A DNA stretch of 60,052 bases, filler included, from Sluysia triapertura (Eukaryota), in the NCBI GenBank assembly GCA_046118255.1. It is 5 parts of 5 records of this genome, joined end to end, with 100 filler letters (N's around TTAATTAATTAA, not from the genome) between each part and the next. Parts side by side here need not be neighbours in the genome. Positions count along the whole stretch, not along the records: positions 12,020 to 24,265 come from JBJNIA010126076.1; positions 24,366 to 35,687 come from JBJNIA010186012.1; 3 more parts are not named here. The stretch is one strand, 5' to 3'. The notes beneath the pieces were generated by a model. That model searched no databases, was not told where the DNA came from, and worked only from the letters and a program-made list of their open reading frames with translations. Each line of letters starts with the position of its first letter. Position 1 is the stretch's first letter. The translations under genes were made by a program, and so were the position numbers. Of the stretch, positions 16,111 to 29,071 are shown in pieces.

Positions 16111-16549
16111 TATAATAATTTATTTATTGGTTATGCTTTAGTTTGTATTTACTTGTGTTTGTTAGTATTCATTTTTTCATTTCCATTTTTAAAAAATCGC
16201 GTTTTTTATGTTCTTACCTTTTCATTTCTATCTGTTAATTAATTTTGGAAAATTTCATTCCGTATTTCTTAAATTCTATTTTGTTTTTTTTGTTTACCTC
16301 TGAAATTAAGTGCATTTTTGGAATATTTCAGAACATTTTGAAGCTACCGATATTATTAATGCATTTTAGTTTTATTCTAAATTATTTAAGATTAATTTAA
16401 ATTTTAAAATTAAAATTATTCAAACACTATATATAAAATCATACTTATTACAAATCAATATCAAGCTCATTTTTATTTAGATAATGCAACTTGATTCATA
16501 AGTTATTAAATGATGTAATATTTAAATTTATTTACATTTATGTCTTTTC

Positions 16550-17600
16550 TTGGAGAACGACTCAGTCACCACGAAATATCCTTGAAATCAGCACAATCAG
16601 CGCGTTATTAAAGAATAAACTGTAATTTTTTAACATTCACATTTTTGTTGAAATTCGTGAACTGAACCATCTTTCGATGAAATGGTTTTTAATACGACGC
16701 TTACACAAAAATTGCTTTACCAGAAGAAAACAATATTATATTAAAAAGATATTGATTTTCTTCATTTTTTTACCATATTTTCATACATAGGTATTGTCAA
16801 ACATTGTTATTTTATAACAGTTCATGTAAATTCGGAATACATAATGACACCTAAAACTTGATGTGCATTGATATGTGTGGAGAATGTAAACCAATAATTA
16901 ACATTTTGTGATTGTATATAATTTATTCAATAACATTGTTTCTTATACCTTCTTTGCTTGACAAGACCAGAATATCCTCCTGACGAACTTCTTACAATTC
17001 ATTTCCTACCCGGTTTCAGACTGATGACAAAATAATTTCACTAGATGAATAAACAATAATTGTCATAATAAAACTAAACGTTACTACAATTTTGATTTAC
17101 AATCTATTGAAATCGCAATAATTTTTATAGTCAATCAAAATATTTAAAACGTTTACATTTTTCTTCTAGTTTAAAGTTTGAAAAATCTCCAGAATAATAA
17201 CTAACATCAGAATTCAAAATTAAAATCTATTGAAAGAATCAAAAAATTAATTTCGTATTACTTTTTAATAAAAAATTAAATTAAAAATTAAAACATCATA
17301 CCTGTCTTACTTTACTATTCCACAATGAGATTAACTCATTTATATTTCTTTCAGACCAATAGTCCTTATTTTCCGTTCTACCTCTGATAATTAATTCCGC
17401 AGAACTAGCAATTATTATTATGGTGTGTAAAGCACGATTGTCTTTACTAACCAATAAATCACGAGGATAATTATACAATTTTTCTGATATTTGATAGCAA
17501 CCATTTTTTAATTCAGCTTCTATATTTATCTATATTATAAGATTAATCAATATAAAAATTACAATATTCGGCAAAAAATACTTTTGAATCCTAGTAAAAA
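16550..17600 (-). pseudogene. Spliced host-gene remnant, probably MAP1/futsch-like N-terminal region
   Basis: An open 228-nt exon at 17302-17529 (INIEAELK...RDLL...HTIIII..SAELIIRG) is bounded by 33-nt and 75-nt GT-AG introns. The next exon reads ILILNSDVSYYSGDFSNFKL. Later segments DILVLSSKEGVIMYS and NVKNYSLFFNN..FKDISW*LSR contain stops. The motif order parallels MAP1B NLDQELK/HKLLVL/GELIL/EGDWKNSNL/DILEP/VNGFNMLING..FWKLIRH as recalled, not searched. Confidence 0.45.
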
Positions 17601-17918
17601 AAATTTAAAAAAGATTATTTGAATAATGTGAAATTTCCAGACCAAATTAAAAGATTTAATAACAAAAATGACGAGTGTTTTATTTCATATCTTAGATAGT
17701 ATTCTAGAAACTTTCATGCATATTGATTTTGTGAACTTTTGACTTAAAAGGTGAATAAAGTTTACTTACAGATATTTTCATAAAATATTAGTTGTACTGT
17801 CTTTTTGCATTATACCACGAGAGCTAAAAAAAGAGCCATAATTTAATAAAGCGTCTGTTTCTTTCAAAATTTACAAAAGGTTAATTTTACTATCTTTATG
17901 TGTTAGTTCAAAAACAAT

Positions 17919-18569
17919 TTACCTTTAAATCTTACATAAGCCGCATTAATGCTTAATACGCATTGACTTTGCAAAATTTCTACTTTTTTATTTAGATAAG
18001 ACGCATTTCAATTTTAATTAAAAAATTTTATTTTATCTTTCGATTTAATAATAATGACTAAAAGAAACTCATATTTAGCCAAGAAAAAATTGGAAATATG
18101 CAGAGTTCAATGGAAATAGAGAAACAGGTAGACATTAATGAAGTTAATGTGAGAAGATGGAGAGAAATAAATCGGTACAGAGTAAGGAGGAAGAAAAATC
18201 CATATTGGCCCGAACTTGAGATTGAATTAAAATATTGGGTTTCTGTTTTATCTATTAAATTTGATTCTAAAAAATTGAAAAAAACTAGAAATATGTGAAT
18301 TTAAAGGAAGTGATTGTTGGGTCCATAATTTTATGAAAATAAATCAATTATCATTAAGAAATGTAATATCAGTAGGGCAAAAGTTACCTGAAGATTGGGA
18401 AGTTGAAGTTTTTAAAGCATCTGTGAATAAAAAGGAAGAGTAAAGTTTTGAATAAAGTTTTAATTTCTTATTTTCTTCAACAACTTGAGTTCAAGCCGCA
18501 TAATAATTTTCTGATCTTTCTATTTTTTTATTTGTATAAGACGCGACTTATATACAAAATAGTAGGGTA
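17919..18569 (+). mobile_element. Internally deleted pogo-family (POGK/BrkDBD-like) transposon
   Basis: Subterminal ATAAG(C/A)CGC motifs at both ends; the right end is GCGACTTATA...GGGTA. Peptide remnants INEVNVRRWRE, YWPELEIELKYWV and FKGSDCWVHNFMKINQLSLR....GQKLPEDW. Confidence 0.8.
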
Positions 18570-19639
18570 ATAGTTATCAAAACTTTATTAAAAATTACTT
18601 ATTAATTATGAACGTTAACTGTTAGCTAGGTTATAAATTTATAAATCCGATATACGTTTAAAGTTAAGAGATATTAAATAAGCCTTACTTTCTAAAAGTT
18701 TCTCGCAATTAAAACAGACTAATTTAAGTCTCATTAACATTAGTCAATTATTTTGTGGTTAAGAACTCATCTTTGATGTTAGAGATGGAAGTGATGTCCA
18801 GTACATTCAATACTATCAAAAATTTCGTGATAGTACGACCAATCGCATCCATATATTAGTTAATTTTTTCTTATAGTAATCGTTTGCTATTTATTTTTTG
18901 CACTTTACTAAAATCGTACGTTTTTTCCGTTTAAATGGTGAGTTCTGCTGTGTTCAAAATTCTGCTTATTTTTCAAGTTAAATGCATTTTTAACATATTT
19001 CTTTCTTAATTTTATACTTCTGAGTTGTTTCTCTGAAACTACGGAGAACACTAAAAATGTTTCTTTTGAATTTCAGACTATTAAAATTTATTTTAATTTA
19101 TTTGTTTCTGTTACAAAAACTATTTTTTAATTATGATTATTTTATTTTAAATTATAAGATCCATCTCACATAATATATTATAAGTAGATAGATAGAAATA
19201 GAAAAATTATACGATCTTAACCGTTTTCCATGTGTTGAAGGAAAATGCACGTAACTATTTCACTGAAAAAATATGTTTGTGATTTAAACAATGTTTAAGG
19301 TAGGAAAATTTGTGTATAATAAAAAAGTAATAAAAAATGTGTATATTGGAATAAATTAATTGCGTGTGAGGTCATAAGAAGTGTTAAAAAAAGATCCTTG
19401 TTTTACTCGAAAAAAGTGTATATGTAATGACATCATTTTAATTATGATAACTGTGTACTTGTATTGTTTTATAATGTTCTAAGACTAAGAATAGTGACAT
19501 TTTGACTTATTTTTTGATGAACAAATTTTAAACAAATTATTTTTAAAACACGTACAAAATTTATGTACTAATATGTAATAAATTTCTTACAAATTATTTA
19601 TAACGCATTTATTGTAACCACAATATTATTACTTAAATA

Positions 19640-21560
19640 GTATCTTATATTAAGGGATGCTTTTTATCATTGTATTTACCCAATATTGACATTTACGATG
19701 TTGTGAGCTCAAAACCAAAACATCTTATGGCTTCAATTTGTGCCCATTTGATTGGCACTATTCCAGCAAGTTTGTTTACTTCTATTCCTGAAACTACTGA
19801 TAAAATGGAACCGTCATCATCATGCTAATGATGATGAAAAAGATAACCAAAGAAATACATTTCACACTCTTAATATATTAAAGCGTATCGTTTATTTGCA
19901 TAATCAATTTAATTGTTTCAACTTTAGAATCAAGTCATTCTTATCCTGTAAAAGAACAAATCCTGACGTTCAACAGCAGTAGAAAAAAACAATGGGAAAA
20001 TTAAAACTATTTTCGAAATCTCCGATTTATGGCACTTAAAAATACAGATTTTTTTGCACCTATTATATCAAAGTCAATAAATATGTCATTATTAAAGAAC
20101 GTCCATATTTTTGCAAGTATCTAGATTCTGTTGAAAGAAGATGAAACAATTAAAATTTTAAATGTTTCCATTTTATTATTTGTAATTACTACTATGATTT
20201 TTTTATTGTCTTTATTATTATCATTGTATTATTATTCATTAATATCCTACTCATTACTATTTTATTATTGCAATATTATTATTAATAATTGTTATTTTAT
20301 TGTTAACATAATCATTAAAATTATTTTGATTATAATTATATAATCGATAAATGTGAAAAATGATTAGCAAGAATTAAAGGATTTCGAGATCACCAGTACC
20401 TTATGCTAAACTATGGCCAATAAATAAAAGAACAGTAATTATATTAAATAATTCTAATGAGCGAACAAATGTGGATAAAGTTGTAACAGATTCAGATAAG
20501 TTTATTTTATCATTGCTTACATTATTTAGTGTCAGTTTTAAACGCCATTCATTGGAAGATTTTCATTTTGACGATTTCTATTTACACCTGATTCAATGTC
20601 AATTACAATTGATATATTGACAATTTAACTGTTTACCATCACTATGCAAAATTGAGCATATAACCTGTTAAGCGAATACATATTTAATGAAATTTCAACT
20701 GATTATTTAATATATAAAATAAGTGAACTTATAGGTTACAATATTATTAAAAATTCTACAGTATTTGAAACGTAAACCATTATATTTTACTTCACAGCAA
20801 GTATGTAAAATATCTAATGTTGAATTATTAGAAACTACAAAATGTATTATGTAGATTCAACTACATATTTTAAAAAATTTGGAAAAATCTGTTAATCTAG
20901 ATGCTGAAAAAATAGCGATTACGAAATTGTACATCCACGTTTAATTAATTTTGAAGAAACTGTTTATTGGTATTCCGTGGAAGCCATTTTCGAACAATTA
21001 GAAAACATCAAGATATCTTTGTTAGATGTATATACTTTTTGTGTTATATAATTGATGTTCAATTCATTTTTGTTTCTTGTTTTCATGGGATGAATAAACG
21101 TCTAAAAGCCAGCCCTGAAGCCGGCTTCAAATCTCTTCAAAATAAAATTAAAAGTAAATAAAATTAAATTAAAAAATTAAAATTGAAATTGAGAAGTGAA
21201 TTAAATTTTAGGAACAATAAGAACAAACACAACATCCCCGAAAGACGAATTTCAAATGAAATTATAGAAATTGAGATTAATTTACCATATATTAAATGTG
21301 CGACACTTATATTAAGTGATTCACGCTACGCTGAAAATGTAATTAATAGTACAACTACAAGTTCTAACCCAATTGTTGTTACAAAACCACCAAATATTTC
21401 TAAGAAAATATCAAAACTTAGTAAATCTGCTTCAAATAGTACAAAAATGTCAATTCCTCAAAAATAATAAATTAAAAGATGAACATATAATTCGTGCGAG
21501 GCAAGAAAAAGCAGTCAAGATTAATAAAAAAAGTTCAGGTATAAATACTTCAAATCGATA
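19640..21560 (+). pseudogene. Unidentified decayed coding remnants
   Basis: Several long, sparsely stopped frames follow AG acceptors (e.g. SYIKGCFLSLYLPNIDIYDVVSSKPKHLMASICAHL and NNKNKHNIPERRISNEIIEIEINLPY). No family recognised. Confidence 0.3.
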
Positions 21561-23120
21561 AATTAGATCAATTTTTGATTAACGTGTTTTCGAAAGAATA
21601 TTTAATATATTGCAGAATGCTGTGGTTATTCTAAAAATATCACTATTTGAAATAAATAATTTTGTATTGTATTATTCTGTTTTAGTTTGTCTTATCAATA
21701 CAAATTTTTTTAGAATTTATTTAATTCATTTTCTAAAAAATATGCATTACTTGTGAATTTATTTATTTAAAATATTAAACTTGTAATCCAAGGTTTCTTA
21801 TTAATGATATTCTCAACAGGTTCAAGTCATAACTTTCACCTTTAGTTGTATAAAACTATTACAAAATAAAATTTAAATAAAACTACGTGAATTAAAGTAA
21901 AATGATTTATGCAATGTTGACTTAAAAATTATGTGAATCTTTATTAATTCATATAAAAATTATGTTTATCATTATTTATTAAAGTGATTAATTGATTAAG
22001 ATATTATACTTTACATGATTACGATCTAGAAAAGTGATTTAATAAATAAAATTTGTTTTTTGAAAAATGTGTTTATTCACTTTAACTATCAATAGTTTTT
22101 CTAATTATTCAAACAAGTTTATTATTATCAATATTAATATTATTTCTTTGCTTAAAACACTTTTTAATATAATTGTAATAAATTTTATACTTCGTTAAAA
22201 TAAAATAGATTTATAGAAATTAAATTTATGCTTGTTAATAATTAAAAATTCTTATTCACTTGAAAAAAACAAACCTTAAATTATATCTAAATTATTGATA
22301 TTTCTTTACGTATATTTCTCATATTAAAACATGTTAATGAAATTTTATAAAACTTATCTAAACTTTCAACCTTACTGTAAATAATCTTTACTTAAGAAGT
22401 CGTGATTGTAATTGCCTCAGTTAAAGATAAAAGTTAGATAAAAACACAAGGTCACATTATTGATTTCATTCTAAAATTATGAAGCAAATACAATTTCAAA
22501 TAAAAATTTTACATTTTCTTGCTAATTATGTGTGGTAAGTTCCTCTTTACAATTTATTTTTAGAAATATTTATTTTCGGATTCGTAAGCTTCTGTTGAAA
22601 GTATTTTTGACGCTATTTATTTTATGTTAAAACATTATATAATTTATTTTATATTAAATCATAAATCATAAATATTTTAAATTTCATTTTGTATAATACG
22701 CCTGTTAAAATAAGATTTTTCTAAAATTTTGGATAAAATAAGTTTGTATTTTTGATTCACATTTTATATATTTAATAAAATTTATTTTTATTAATGTTTC
22801 AAAATATTTTAACTATTATAACAAAAAATTTTTAAATATTTTTCAGTAATTCGTTTTAAAATTAGTATTTTTAGGTCTACTACACTTTAAAGTAATTCAA
22901 GCACACAAGATCATACTTAAGATGACGTCATTATGTAATATACGCTCACATTCTCTATCATTTTATGACTTCACGTATAATCAATTCTTAATTATGCACT
23001 AATTTTCTTATCGTTTAACACAAACATACTTTTTTGATCATGGAAGTGAAAGTAAGGAGCTCTCTCACTTTCCTTTTTACAATAGTAAAAATTAAAAATT
23101 ATTATATGAAGATCTTTTTA

Positions 23121-23154
23121 CTACTACAACTACCACTACTATAACTATTACTAT

Positions 23155-23189
<35 letters not shown>

Positions 23190-23210
23190 TTACTACTACT
23201 AATACTACAA
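23121..23210. repeat. (ACT)n microsatellite, imperfect
   Basis: Visible CTA/TAC run. Confidence 0.85.
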
Positions 23211-23287
23211 CTAGAAGTAGCTGAAACATACTAAATATTTGTTTACATTAAATAAAAATTATTTACATTAATATAAAATTATACCAC

Positions 23288-23450
23288 CTTTCGATATTTA
23301 CGATAACAGCCTTCTTGACTTAAACATGGTTTATCAAAATAACCGCGTTTAATTTTTGCGTCTTTAAACAATTTTAAAAAAAATGCTCTATCAACTGCAG
23401 TACTGGGATTAATTTTTGTAAAATCTGATGGATTAATAAATGATAAACCA
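23288..23450 (-). CDS. Isolated open exon of an unidentified gene; upstream exons (about 23520-23950) are decayed
   Basis: TTTAG acceptor and GTGGTA donor enclose 163 stop-free nt: GLSFINPSDFTKINPSTAVDRAFFLKLFKDAKIKRGYFDKPCLSQEGCYRKYRK. Confidence 0.45.
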
Positions 23451-23954
23451 CTAAATAAATAAAATAATGTTATTAATATATAATACTAATTAATAATTAA
23501 TGTTTTAAAATAATTAAATAAGACCGATAATCGTTTTATTTCTGTTTATAACTCATATTTTCTTCAATTTCTGTTATTAATATCAAGATATTCGTGATAT
23601 TTATATCAATTTTCATTTAATTTGGTATTTCATTTATATTTATAATTGAATAAAGAATTTCAAATCGAATTTAATAATTTAACTTCTTCAGACAAAGAAC
23701 AATATAATAATTAACTGAAATCATTTATATGAAACTTGTTGTTTAAACTCAAAAATTATATATATTACATATTATTGATTGTAAAAAGGATGAGGTAAAA
23801 ATTTAGTTTGATTTGTGCTTTTTTCGAATTTTTAGTTGCTTATGATCTATTAATATCGGATAGATCATGAAACTTCATGAAACTCATAAGCTTTATAAAA
23901 TGTTCATCATAATTATTGATTTTAGTATTAATCCTTTTAAACTTTAAATTGTAA

Positions 23955-24195
23955 ACCAATGTGAATATTTCATTGAGATATAATAATATTTACAGAATCC
24001 ACAGTAATAATAAGCTAGGTGAGAGGTTATAAACCGTTAATGTTTCAAAAATATACAAGCAACTACCAGAGAATATCGAATTACTGGAAGATTATGAAAT
24101 ATTTAAGAAAATGGTAAGTTTCTTCTGTTTCTGAAATATTATAGTAAACGGTTTATTTTAAGCGATTTTGAGTACTTATATTGCAGTAGATATGA

Positions 24196-24265
<70 letters not shown>
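23955..24265 (+). mobile_element. 5'-truncated CR1/L2-type LINE 3' end with (ATT)n tail
   Basis: Encodes KIYKQLPENIELLEDYEIFKK, matching the ORF2 C-terminal N.LP..IK....FK motif. It is closely similar to copies at 28105-28292 and 40948-41192 and runs into (TAT)n at 24196-24265. Confidence 0.75.
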
Positions 24266-24365
24266 NNNNNNNNNNNNNNNNNNNNNNNNNNNNNNNNNNN
24301 NNNNNNNNNTTAATTAATTAANNNNNNNNNNNNNNNNNNNNNNNNNNNNNNNNNNNNNNNNNNNN
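24266..24365. other. Artificial scaffold spacer
   Basis: N44-TTAATTAATTAA-N44. Confidence 0.97.
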
Positions 24366-24899
24366 TTTTTCTGATGACATGAAATTATTATTATGATCTG
24401 AATATTATATGACAATTATGACATGAATATTATATGACATATATGACAATTATAATGTAATTATACTACGAAATTATAATTTTATTTTAATTAAAATATC
24501 AATTATAACTTAAAAGTTAATTCTCTTTTAGTTTAAGGCTGAAAATGATCCTTATCTGGTATACCACAATTTATATAGATATCTTGAATTCCAAAGTCTT
24601 CATAATTACTGTGGGATTGTTCCAATGTTTTCGGTTATCTCAATTTTCTCGAAATCGTCCTAATATCTTCTGAATTGTTAATAATTCAATGTCAAAAAAT
24701 TATTGTGTTCATAGTTATTTTAGATTAATAAATCCAATATATAATATTAATTATAATTTCATATTAATAAATAATTATAGTTACGTATTAGTTATTTAAT
24801 TATAATCAATAAGTCCGATAATAATAAGTATTGTTATCATTCACAAATTTATTATTTAATCGCAAATACTGTATCACTTTTATTCAGATAATAGATATA

Positions 24900-25330
24900 A
24901 AATTATTTTCAGCCATTAATTTTACTCATAATTTTATTTAACAATGTTCTTAAAATTTGATTTCATATTTCTGTTATTGATTCTTAGTTTAAATTGATTT
25001 TATTCGATTACAGTGCTTTTAAATTTTGATTACATATAATTTGTCTATTCTATTAAATTAATTTTGATCGAAAATAATATTATTTATTTTTAATTAATAA
25101 TTCTATTCAATCTGAATTTAATATAATTTATCGTGTGCATTATAAAAATCCTAATCATGTTTTGAAGATAATTTTGATCGATTTTATGCTTTTAAAGTTT
25201 GATTTCATATTCTTATTATTAATTCCTATTTTAATATAATTTCTTGACCATAATTGTAAGGTTTGGTGTTTATAAATTTTAATCTCATATTGTCTTTATC
25301 AAATTTCACTTTAAAATGATTATTTACACA
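24900..25330. repeat. Diverged minisatellite, about 60-80-bp unit
   Basis: A motif close to TGCTTTTAAATTTTGATTTCATAT recurs near 24946, 25014, 25187 and 25267. Confidence 0.55.
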
Positions 25331-26952
25331 AATTTAATTTAAATTTAATTGTAATTTGTTATTAAATTTTAAATTTATATTAATTACATGTTTGGGTGCC
25401 TAGTGAATATTTTTATTTTAGTTACAATATAATTATAATTAATTTTATCAATCTTTATAAAACCAATATTAAAATTTTATTGCTTTCCTTTATTAATTTA
25501 AATGGATTTAATTTTACAAAATTATGACCAATATCTTTATTTATTAAATTTACGAAAAAAATCCTAAAATTCTATTAATTATAACATTAAGTATTAATTG
25601 TCTTTTGTTCTTTTATATATTTGCGTACAAAAATAATTGTGACTGTATGTGATTGTCTTGTGCATAAAAATAGAAAGTTTGCATAAAAATGATTGGCACA
25701 TCATGATGAGCATTAAGCTATACAGTGGTCAATTCCGATAGCTTGTTCAATAAAAAGAATGGCTGGTTGACATTAATTAAATGAACTGTAACAAAAACTG
25801 TAATTTGTTGACAGATTTTAATTGAAAACCTGTTGTATTATTTATATTTAAATAATAAAAATAATGATCAATAATGATAATAATAATACTAGTGAAATAA
25901 TGTAAATAATAATAACAATAATAATAACGAAATTGTAATTAATAATAAGGAAAATAATAATAATAATAATAATAAGTAATAAAAGAATAAAAACAAATTT
26001 CTTTTAAATCTTAATTTCTCTTCTTTCTTTAATAAATATTCTTTTAAAATATGAACAGAATAAATAATAATAATAATAAAAGTGACTAGCACAAATTAAA
26101 ATGGAAAGTCTTATTTTCTTTTTATTAATAGCTCTTTACGTTGTTCTTGAAGTGTAAAATAAAAATGTAGAAGATTCATGAAGGAATATCTATAAAGAGT
26201 AATAACGTAATTAATATGTTGAGAAGAAATTTAATTTAATTTAATGTTTTGAAATAAATTTAAAATGTAAAATTTAATGATTTTTGATGTTATAAATGAT
26301 TTTAATGTTGAAGAATTGTGAACTTGAAACGTTTTGATATATTTACATTTTTAATGCTTTTTGATGAAATAAAAGATGAAAATATGAAATTTATTATAAT
26401 GAATTAAATTAAAATTTTAAGTAATTTTAAAATATGTAATCTCATTTTAAATTGATACTAAAGCATTATTATTTTAACAATTATTTTATTAAAAATGAAT
26501 TAATTTTAAAATGAAAACTGAGATTATTTTCGAATGAAAAATGAGCATTGTCTAAAATTCTTTTACGAAATATATATTACATTTTACAGTACTATATCAA
26601 AAATAGTGAATAATTAATTTGTATTGTTATGTAATAGGATTGATAATTGAGGTAAATAAAAGTGTTTAATACATTATGCATTAAACGCTCCCCCAGTGTG
26701 CGTTTTAAGTCGTGGGTTGTATGTTAACCAATTTTTAAACAGTTTTGCTATTTAAAGCTATTTCTTTGAATCTACTGAGTTTACTAAGATGGTTTAGTTT
26801 TATGTTAACTTTAAATTATCCTATGGAATCTATATAATTGAAAAACATAATTTGATTATTTTAATTATTTAACTTTCACTTAGATTCTTTTTTTATTGCT
26901 TTACTAAATACAACTTCGAGAATTAATTTAAAAGAGTAATATTTTAAAACAG

Positions 26953-27646
26953 TTTTCCAACGTTCGCTGTACAATTACGTTATCATTTAAAGGAGATAAT
27001 TATACGAAACTACGAACCCTTCGAGCTTTTGTTCGTGATCAAGCTAATGAACTTGTACCTACAGAATGTAATGCTAATGAAAATACTAATGATATAACAA
27101 TTATATTTATTTCGGAAAAGTATGGTAAATATGAAGTGTATTTGAATAGTAGACTACGAAATCAGAAATTAAAACGAATGTTCTTCAATCCACTTCCGAT
27201 ATATATAGAAAGTAATAAAAAAGCAGATTTTTATGCTATGAGTTCTGCTCGAAAAACTAAAGAAATTTGTGTTTATGGTTTTGGTATATGTTATGCTTTC
27301 ACAGACAAAATTAATTATATATTTATCGAACGTTTTGATAAATTACACTATGACACTATCAGTATGCGTATTGAAGGTCCTATTAGTCCTAATATATTTC
27401 GAAAATTCACAAAAACTGGAGTATTCTTTTCATATCAACCAACAATATCAGGTATTTATTTAATTCACATTTTGGATAAATTGCATGAAATACGCGGATC
27501 ACCATTTATTGTTAATGCATTCAAAAACCATATTGTGTTTTCAAAATCATCATTGGCAGAAAGTAAAATAATCAGTTATGGTAGCGGTCTTTTAGATGCA
27601 CATGTAAATGAGTGGAATTATTTTTTCATCCAAGTCGTTAAATTTC
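26953..27646 (+). CDS. Filamin/ABP280-type Ig-repeat protein, large internal exon
   Basis: About 700-nt open frame after an ACAG acceptor. Filamin-repeat motifs: VYGFGICYAF...IFIE, MRIEGP, FSYQPTISGIYLIHI....EIRGSPFIVNA, and a further repeat start SKIISYGSGLLDAHVNEWNYFFIQ. Exon ends are approximate. Confidence 0.8.
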
Positions 27647-27907
27647 GTTAGTTGATTTTCAATTGTATTTTAGTGAAAATCTTATTAAATTTAATAAGAA
27701 AAATGTTGAAATTAAACATAATAAAATTATCTTACAATGCGACTAAAATTTTTTCAGATTTAAAAATGGAGAATAGAGGAAATTCAGTAAAATAGTGAAT
27801 TAATAAATTTGCTTATATAATATCCAAATAATTAAAACAATTATAATAATAAATTAAGTAGTCCTAGAAACATTACAGCAGAATTTATTACTGCAAGTAT
27901 ATAATGA

Positions 27908-27952
27908 CAATAATAATAATAATAATAATTATAATAATAATAATAATAATAA
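27908..27952. repeat. (AAT)n microsatellite
   Basis: Visible run abutting the tRNA-derived repeat. Confidence 0.9.
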
Positions 27953-28103
27953 TGTTGGGGTAAAAAGCCTAAAAGTGCCATTTAGTAAAATTGATTATAA
28001 TAAAATAAAATTGTTAGACGGGATGATGGCTCCGTGGTAGAGCATCGAACTGCGCAGCTAGAGGGCCAAGGTTCGATCCCCGGTTAGTCCATTTTACGAA
28101 GTC
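27953..28103 (+). mobile_element. tRNA-derived (Ala-like) short interspersed repeat with conserved upstream module
   Basis: 28021-28091 has an A box (TGGCTCCGTGG), a B box (GGTTCGATCCC) and a TTTT terminator. The whole unit aligns to 34939-35100 on the minus strand. The anticodon stem does not pair. Confidence 0.8.
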
Positions 28104-28104
28104 T

Positions 28105-28292
28105 AATAACAATAATAATAATATATTAATTTATGTTGCGCTCATATCTACTGCGTAAGTACTCAAAGGGCTTAAATTAAATCACTCACCATAATATTTT
28201 TGAAACAGAAAGAACTTTGTCTTTTTCTTAAATATTTCATAATCTTTGAGTAATTTGACATTCTCTGGTAACTGGTTGTATATTTTTGAGAC
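28105..28292 (-). mobile_element. CR1/L2-type LINE 3' fragment
   Basis: Reverse complement CAAAAATATACAACCAGTTACCAGAGAATGTCAAATTACTC...TTGAGTACTTACGCAGTAGATATGA matches 24047-24195. Confidence 0.8.
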
Positions 28293-29071
28293 ACTCTGGT
28301 TCAAAACGACTGATCAGAGCAAGCGACTTGTTTGTGCACATTTCCTGATGTCGCTCACTGAGTAGGTTACATTTTATTCGACGATAACATTTCAGTTCAC
28401 TTTATTTGAGAATTTCAAACACTTGTGTTTTCGATATATTGAGATGTCGAGCGATATCTCGTGTGTTCATTGCACCGTCCTCGTCCGAAATTCGTTTCTT
28501 TGGACCCGATCCTTTTGGAGTGTACCATATGTTTCAGGACCTTCTCGTTTCAAAGGTGCAACAACATTATTAAACTTATTCCCTGTAATCGTTGTAAAAT
28601 ATTTGGTAACACAGCTAGACATTTTGTCAGTGCCCAAGTCAAATTTTCATTTTTGAAAAGAATAATCACTTCCCTTTGAAAGTCTGAAAGCTGCTTCCTG
28701 TTTCCTTCCATGATGTGGGTATCACAGAGAACCTAAGGAATCAAAATAGAAATGAGTAAGCACGCATTTTATTTATGATCTCAGCTGACCTTTAAATTTT
28801 CGTGGATTTTTGCGTTTGGAGCTTGTTATTAACAGAGCTTCAAAATTATCGACATGACATAAACTCTATTGATGATTTGGGAAGAGCTTGAAAAAATATC
28901 TCGCAAGTTACCCCTCAAAACGCTACATGCGTTGGATTTCTATGTTAAAATGCTGTTCTGAAGTGCAAGAGTGTAATATAGCATATGCCTTTTAAAAAGT
29001 TTGTAAAAGTTATCATTTGTAAAAATAAATAGCTGTTTGACAAATTTGCCACTTTTCTAGCGACCACCCTG
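28290..29071 (-). mobile_element. 5' half of a Tc1/mariner (maT-like) transposon
   Basis: Terminus TA-CAGGGTGGTCG on the minus strand; HTH remnants MEGNRKQLSDFQREVII and NTRDIARHLNISKTQVFEILK*SELKCYRRIKCNLLSERHQ. Confidence 0.75.

Noticed and set aside
12080-16390. Direct repeats at about 12080 and 16120 as the paired LTRs of one retrotransposon
   Set aside because: They are too diverged, there is no PBS/PPT or gag-pol between them, and the interior is DNA transposons.
20131-26092. Hydrophobic ORFs 20131-20343 and 25889-26092 as membrane proteins
   Set aside because: They are largely translations of (TTA/ATT)-rich low-complexity DNA.
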